DNA of 64,000 nucleotides, from assembly GCA_951406725.2 (NCBI GenBank), contig OX597822.1:45136001-45200000 (forward strand). Direction: 5' to 3'. How positions within the stretch are numbered: position 1 is the stretch's first letter; the number at the start of each line of letters is the position of its first letter. Made by a program: the position numbers and the translations under genes. Below, one piece after another: positions 57,855-64,000 of the stretch. The DNA comes from Octopus vulgaris (lineage: Eukaryota). A model generated the notes under the pieces. The model searched no databases and was not told where the DNA came from. It was given only the letters and a program-made list of their open reading frames with translations.

Positions 57855-58588
57855 TGTGTATGTATGTATGTATGTATGTATGCATGTATGTATGTATGTA
57901 TGTAAAATTCTATAATTATGAGCATAATTATAATTAGGGTTCAGCAAAATTTGCTTCACCACATACCGAAATTTAGAAATAGCAGCTAAAATACTATTCT
58001 ACTACTATCTTATGGTAGTAGAATATTATTTTAACTCCTATTTTTAAATTTCGGTATGTGGTGAAGCAAATTTTGTTGAGCCCTAATTATAATTATGCTT
58101 ATAATTATTGAATTTTTGTATAAATTTACCGATAATGTTTTTTTTTAACATACCGAACTACTTGGTAAAATTATTAATTGATTAATTAATTTTGCCAAGT
58201 ATATATGTATATATATATATATATAAATGTATGTATATTTTTCAATGTGTATGTATAACACGGAAAAATAAATAGATAGTTACCAGGTTAGCAAAAGTAA
58301 GTGCCAAAGATATTGCAGCCTACTTATAAAGGTAGAAATTCCAGAGTTTAGTGAAATGATGCTCCCCCACTACTTCTGCTCATGATCAGAGATGCACATA
58401 TCGTCAGCCACCAAATGACATGATCAACTGGTTAACGTCAAACAATAGACAGCAAATCTGTGGTATTGAGCAGAATATTTGCTGTAGCCCATCTTTTATA
58501 CCAAGACAAAACAATGTACATGGTAACACTTCCAATCAGTTAAGATCAAAAGCCATGAGAGTCACTGCCTAGTACTGCATCAGGGCAT
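57482..58588 (-). mobile_element. (TAA)n-embedded non-coding retroposed element, split by a duplicated segment at 57801-58357
   Basis: Both halves match 12123-12550; (TTA)n flanks. Confidence 0.8.
57801..58358 (+). repeat. Local duplication of about 56296-56828
   Basis: Unique part 56372-56828 recurs at +1530 with one substitution seen (GCTGAG vs GTTGAG). Confidence 0.95.
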
Positions 58589-58631
58589 ATTATTATTAGC
58601 ATCATCGTCATTATTATTATCATTATTATCA

Positions 58632-58692
<61 letters not shown>

Positions 58693-58819
58693 CATTATTA
58701 TTATTATTATTATTATCATTATCATCATCATCATCATATGGTGGAAGCCAACACGTGACCGAGTATGACCACTTCCTAAACAGTGAGTTCATGCAAACCC
58801 ACGCATGCAGAGACGCACA

Positions 58820-58922
<103 letters not shown>

Positions 58923-59799
58923 GTGCGTCTGGTGGGTCAGTCCTTGTACTAGAGCGCCGGGTTTTGAAGGATGTGAAACCACCTCTTACTCACTATTGTT
59001 CTCGGGCGTACACTGACCCTCGTTAGTAACAGGTGTTAGGGCCCCAGCAGGTACGTTAAGTAGCGTGTGAACATGTGGAGATGAAATCATACGACCTCCC
59101 ATACAACCAACAGCAACGAGGTTCCCCCGAAAGATTTCTAAACTGACGTTACTCGACAGAAGACTTAGCTGCGTGATCAGGGACCGACCTAGAGACCAGA
59201 AGGTTGCCAGGCGAGTTTCTTAACAACACAGCCATGTTTGTGCCTACGAATGCTAAAGCTTCCATTTTCCTTTAAGTTCACGTTATTTTGATTTCTATAT
59301 TTTATTTCCGATTTAAACAAGATTTGTAATTATTTTGATAATTTCTTTCGTTCTTGTCAGATTGATAGTTGAGTTTGTCGCTTAAGTAGGACACTGTTTT
59401 GCGTTTGTTACTCGTTGCTTTCCTCTTCGTGTTTGTATATTTTTTGCATAGACTCTGTTTCCGTTATAATTCGGGTTGGGGGGGGGGGCAAACAAATACA
59501 CAGAGGCTCTTCCCCACACACACACAACACACACAACTAAAATACACATACACATACACGCACATATACGAACTTAAATACATACGTATGTTTATACAGA
59601 TATATATGTTCATATATATATGATATATGTATGTATATACAAATATATGTACATAAATATAAATGTATATACACGTGTGTGTGTATGTATTTAAGTATAC
59701 ACATACATATACATACACACACATAATATATATATATATATATATGTGTGTATAAGACGCCTTTTAAGACGATATATATATACACATACGCCTTTTTAA

Positions 59800-59834
<35 letters not shown>

Positions 59835-59844
59835 CGCCTTTTAA

Positions 59845-59908
<64 letters not shown>

Positions 59909-60012
59909 TATACATGTATAAAGAGATATATAGATATATATATATATGTGTGCATATATATATATGTATGTGTATATATGTACATATATACATATATATA
60001 TACATACATGCA

Positions 60013-60093
<81 letters not shown>

Positions 60094-60410
60094 TCTGAAG
60101 AAAGGAGGTCTATGACATCGTGTTTGAACGTGTTGAAGTTAGAAAACAGATACCGCAAATAAAAAAAAAACGAATTACTAGCAAAAGCTATACGTGTAAT
60201 ATCTAAATTGAATTGATGTCTCGATAAATTATAATATAATGATATAAAATGAATTTGAAAATAGGAAGAAACTTCTAAGCACAGATGAAATAGTCTTTTT
60301 CTGTTTATTCTTTTTCTACTTTCATAAAATACAATACAATACTTTTTCAATTACGCAAACTGTAAATAGATAAATAAAGTTTATAAATATATAAATAGAA
60401 AGATATACAA

Positions 60411-60481
<71 letters not shown>

Positions 60482-61491
60482 TATATATATATGTATATAT
60501 GTATGTATGTATCAAACCATAGATATATAAATGTCTATGATATAAACATACAAACATTATATCTATGTATGTACGTATGTAGGTTGGTAGGTAGATAGGT
60601 ATGTATGTCGGTATGTGTGTTTGCATTATGAACTTATTTTACAAAATATTTTATAAATAATGACCAACGAAATGTAACTAATGTTACATGCGACCATTTA
60701 TTGAGATGTAGACATAAAATAATATAGTCTGCGATCTACGGAAAGATGCGAGTGTCATTGCTCAGTGGTCTTTGATCATATTTCGTCTCGATAAACGCTC
60801 AGATGGGGATAAACAACTAGAATAATAGAATAGCAACCTCTCCTTCAATTATAGCAATTTTGACACAATATTAATAGTTTCGAATTTTAGTACATAGTGA
60901 TTTTAGGAGAAGAACGTTACTCACTTTCATTTACCACAGTATTTTGCTGGTATTTATTTTATCGACTATGATCCGATGAAAGATAAAGTCGACCTCAGCG
61001 GAATTTTAATTCAGAACGTAAAATTCCAGAGGAAACGATGCTAAGAATTATGTAAAGAAACCATATTAATCCCAGTGGAAGAAGCTCTGGGGAAAGAAAG
61101 CTCACAGAACTTGTTTCTCTGGAATTCCTAATGTTGGTGTAGATGACTTTGATGTGAATCCAATAAGACTCGAAAACCGATTCAGGCTGGTCATCATTTT
61201 AAAAATCTACGGAGAAATAGCCAAATTAGCTCAGCTTCCAGCACCTACACCATCATCCACACACCTACACATGCACACACGCACACGTCAATGTCACCAG
61301 CCCCCACCCACAAGCACATACACGCTCTCACATACATACGCACGCGCACCTTTATTTCGGGATAACCACTACTTTATTATCTCCCCTTCTCCCTAGCCCT
61401 CCTGTGTGACCTCTCTCTCCGGCATTCGCCATGATAGATCGCTAGCCACGATACATTTTTCTACTTTCTATCCCTGTTTATTTCTGTGTTC

Positions 61492-61527
61492 CTTTCTGTG
61501 GAAGAGCGTAGGCTCGAAAGGTTAAAG
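61492..61527 (+). ncRNA. Variant minimal hammerhead motif (CUGUGGA core)
   Basis: CTTT-CTGTGGA-A-GAGC-GTAG-GCTC-GAAA-gG-TT^AAAG; 4-bp stems I and II. Confidence 0.55.
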
Positions 61528-61617
61528 ATTTTTTCAATTCCCGAGCGTTAAACTAATACATCTGTTTGCTGTTTACACACCCGTCTTCGTCTTTTTTTTG
61601 TAAATTCTCATTACATT

Positions 61618-61664
<47 letters not shown>

Positions 61665-61789
61665 TTCTGTTTCAGGATCCCATTACATATCTTCTGACGC
61701 TACTAAATCCAAATAGTTTCTTCGGGCGCAGACCACTCTTCGTACTGAACTAAGGACTTCAAATATGGTGGGGGACACTACGAAGGATG

Positions 61790-62845
<1,056 letters not shown>

Positions 62846-63018
62846 AACCGCGCATGTGTGTATGTGTGTGTGTGTGCGCGCGCGGGTGCGTGCGTGCGTG
62901 TGTGTGTGTGCGTGGGTACGTATATAAATATGCATGTATGTATATATGTGTGTTTGTATGTGCGTTTGTGTATCTGTGTTTCTCCTCCAACATCACTTGG
63001 CAGCCGTCGTGTATATAC

Positions 63019-63102
<84 letters not shown>

Positions 63103-63118
63103 ATATATATATTTATAA

Positions 63119-63151
<33 letters not shown>

Positions 63152-64000
63152 TATACATTCATACATACATACATTCATAAATACATACACGTACATATAT
63201 GTCTACACATACACATGTGTATATTTGTGTGTGTGTGAATATATAAATGGATAGGACAACCTGAGATAAACAATCACAAGTGTGACAATACCAAAGCCGA
63301 TAATCAAACTGTATAAACAGAATGTATATTTAAAATAAAAATTGAAAGAAATATACGATAAGTAACTAATTGCACTTCCTTAAGATAAGGTGGGTGAGTG
63401 GGGGTGCGGAGATGGGGCTGGGAGGAAGAAAGAAATTATTATAGTAAGATTAGTGAGATAAGTATTTGGGATTAAGACGGTATTGTGTCTTTGGAAAGAT
63501 AACAAAACAACGCAAAGGTGAAGAATTTCTAAATAACATGACGAAGAAGGTTGTGGGTGGTGAGTGTTAGATGTTTGGAGACAACGACTGAAGACTTTGA
63601 TGTTTGAATGTGGTAAGTGGTTTGGTGGTAGTTATTTTACACAGGATACATACACACAGAATGTATGTGTGTGTATGTGTGTGTGTCTGAGTGTATGTGT
63701 GTGTGTGTGTGTGTGTTTATTATAAAACTGTGATAATGAAGTCAAACCGAATAGTGATATTTTGGAATCATTTAATATGTGCGTTTCATGACTGCGTCAG
63801 ATTTAATTGGAAATACAACCAGTATGTAAGATCTTCCTCAGTGGAATACATATGTTTACATACATAAGGTTGTACGTGTGTGTGTGTGTGTCTCACTTTA
63901 TAAAGATAAATATGTGTGTGTGTATATAAATATACATATATATATATGTATATGTATATATATATGCATATATATGTTTATATATGTATATATATATATA

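Overview
AT-rich, microsatellite-saturated animal genomic DNA. The SINE repertoire and microsatellite density suggest an octopus or other cephalopod (inference). No complete host gene is evident, and nearly all ORFs in the track are translations of simple repeats. The window is a mosaic of mobile DNA. SINEs: three tRNA-derived families (A, B, C). DNA transposons: four mariner remnants, pogo/Tigger-like and hAT-like MITEs, a possible Helitron-like element. Non-LTR retrotransposons: a young 5'-truncated R4/Dong-type element (RT plus restriction-like endonuclease) abutting (TAA)n, plus Tx1/L1-like, RTE and CR1 fragments. Also present are three Penelope-like GIY-YIG remnants and two minisatellites (39 bp and 20 bp units). 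The main hidden signal is about ten minimal type-I hammerhead ribozyme motifs with palindromic stem III, some intact and some decayed. They sit in non-coding, often fold-back Penelope pLTR-like elements next to (TA)n tracts, and one has a circularly permuted 566-bp retrozyme-like unit. Two low-confidence minus-strand host exon candidates were also noticed. All family assignments come from motif recognition by eye, not from database searches.
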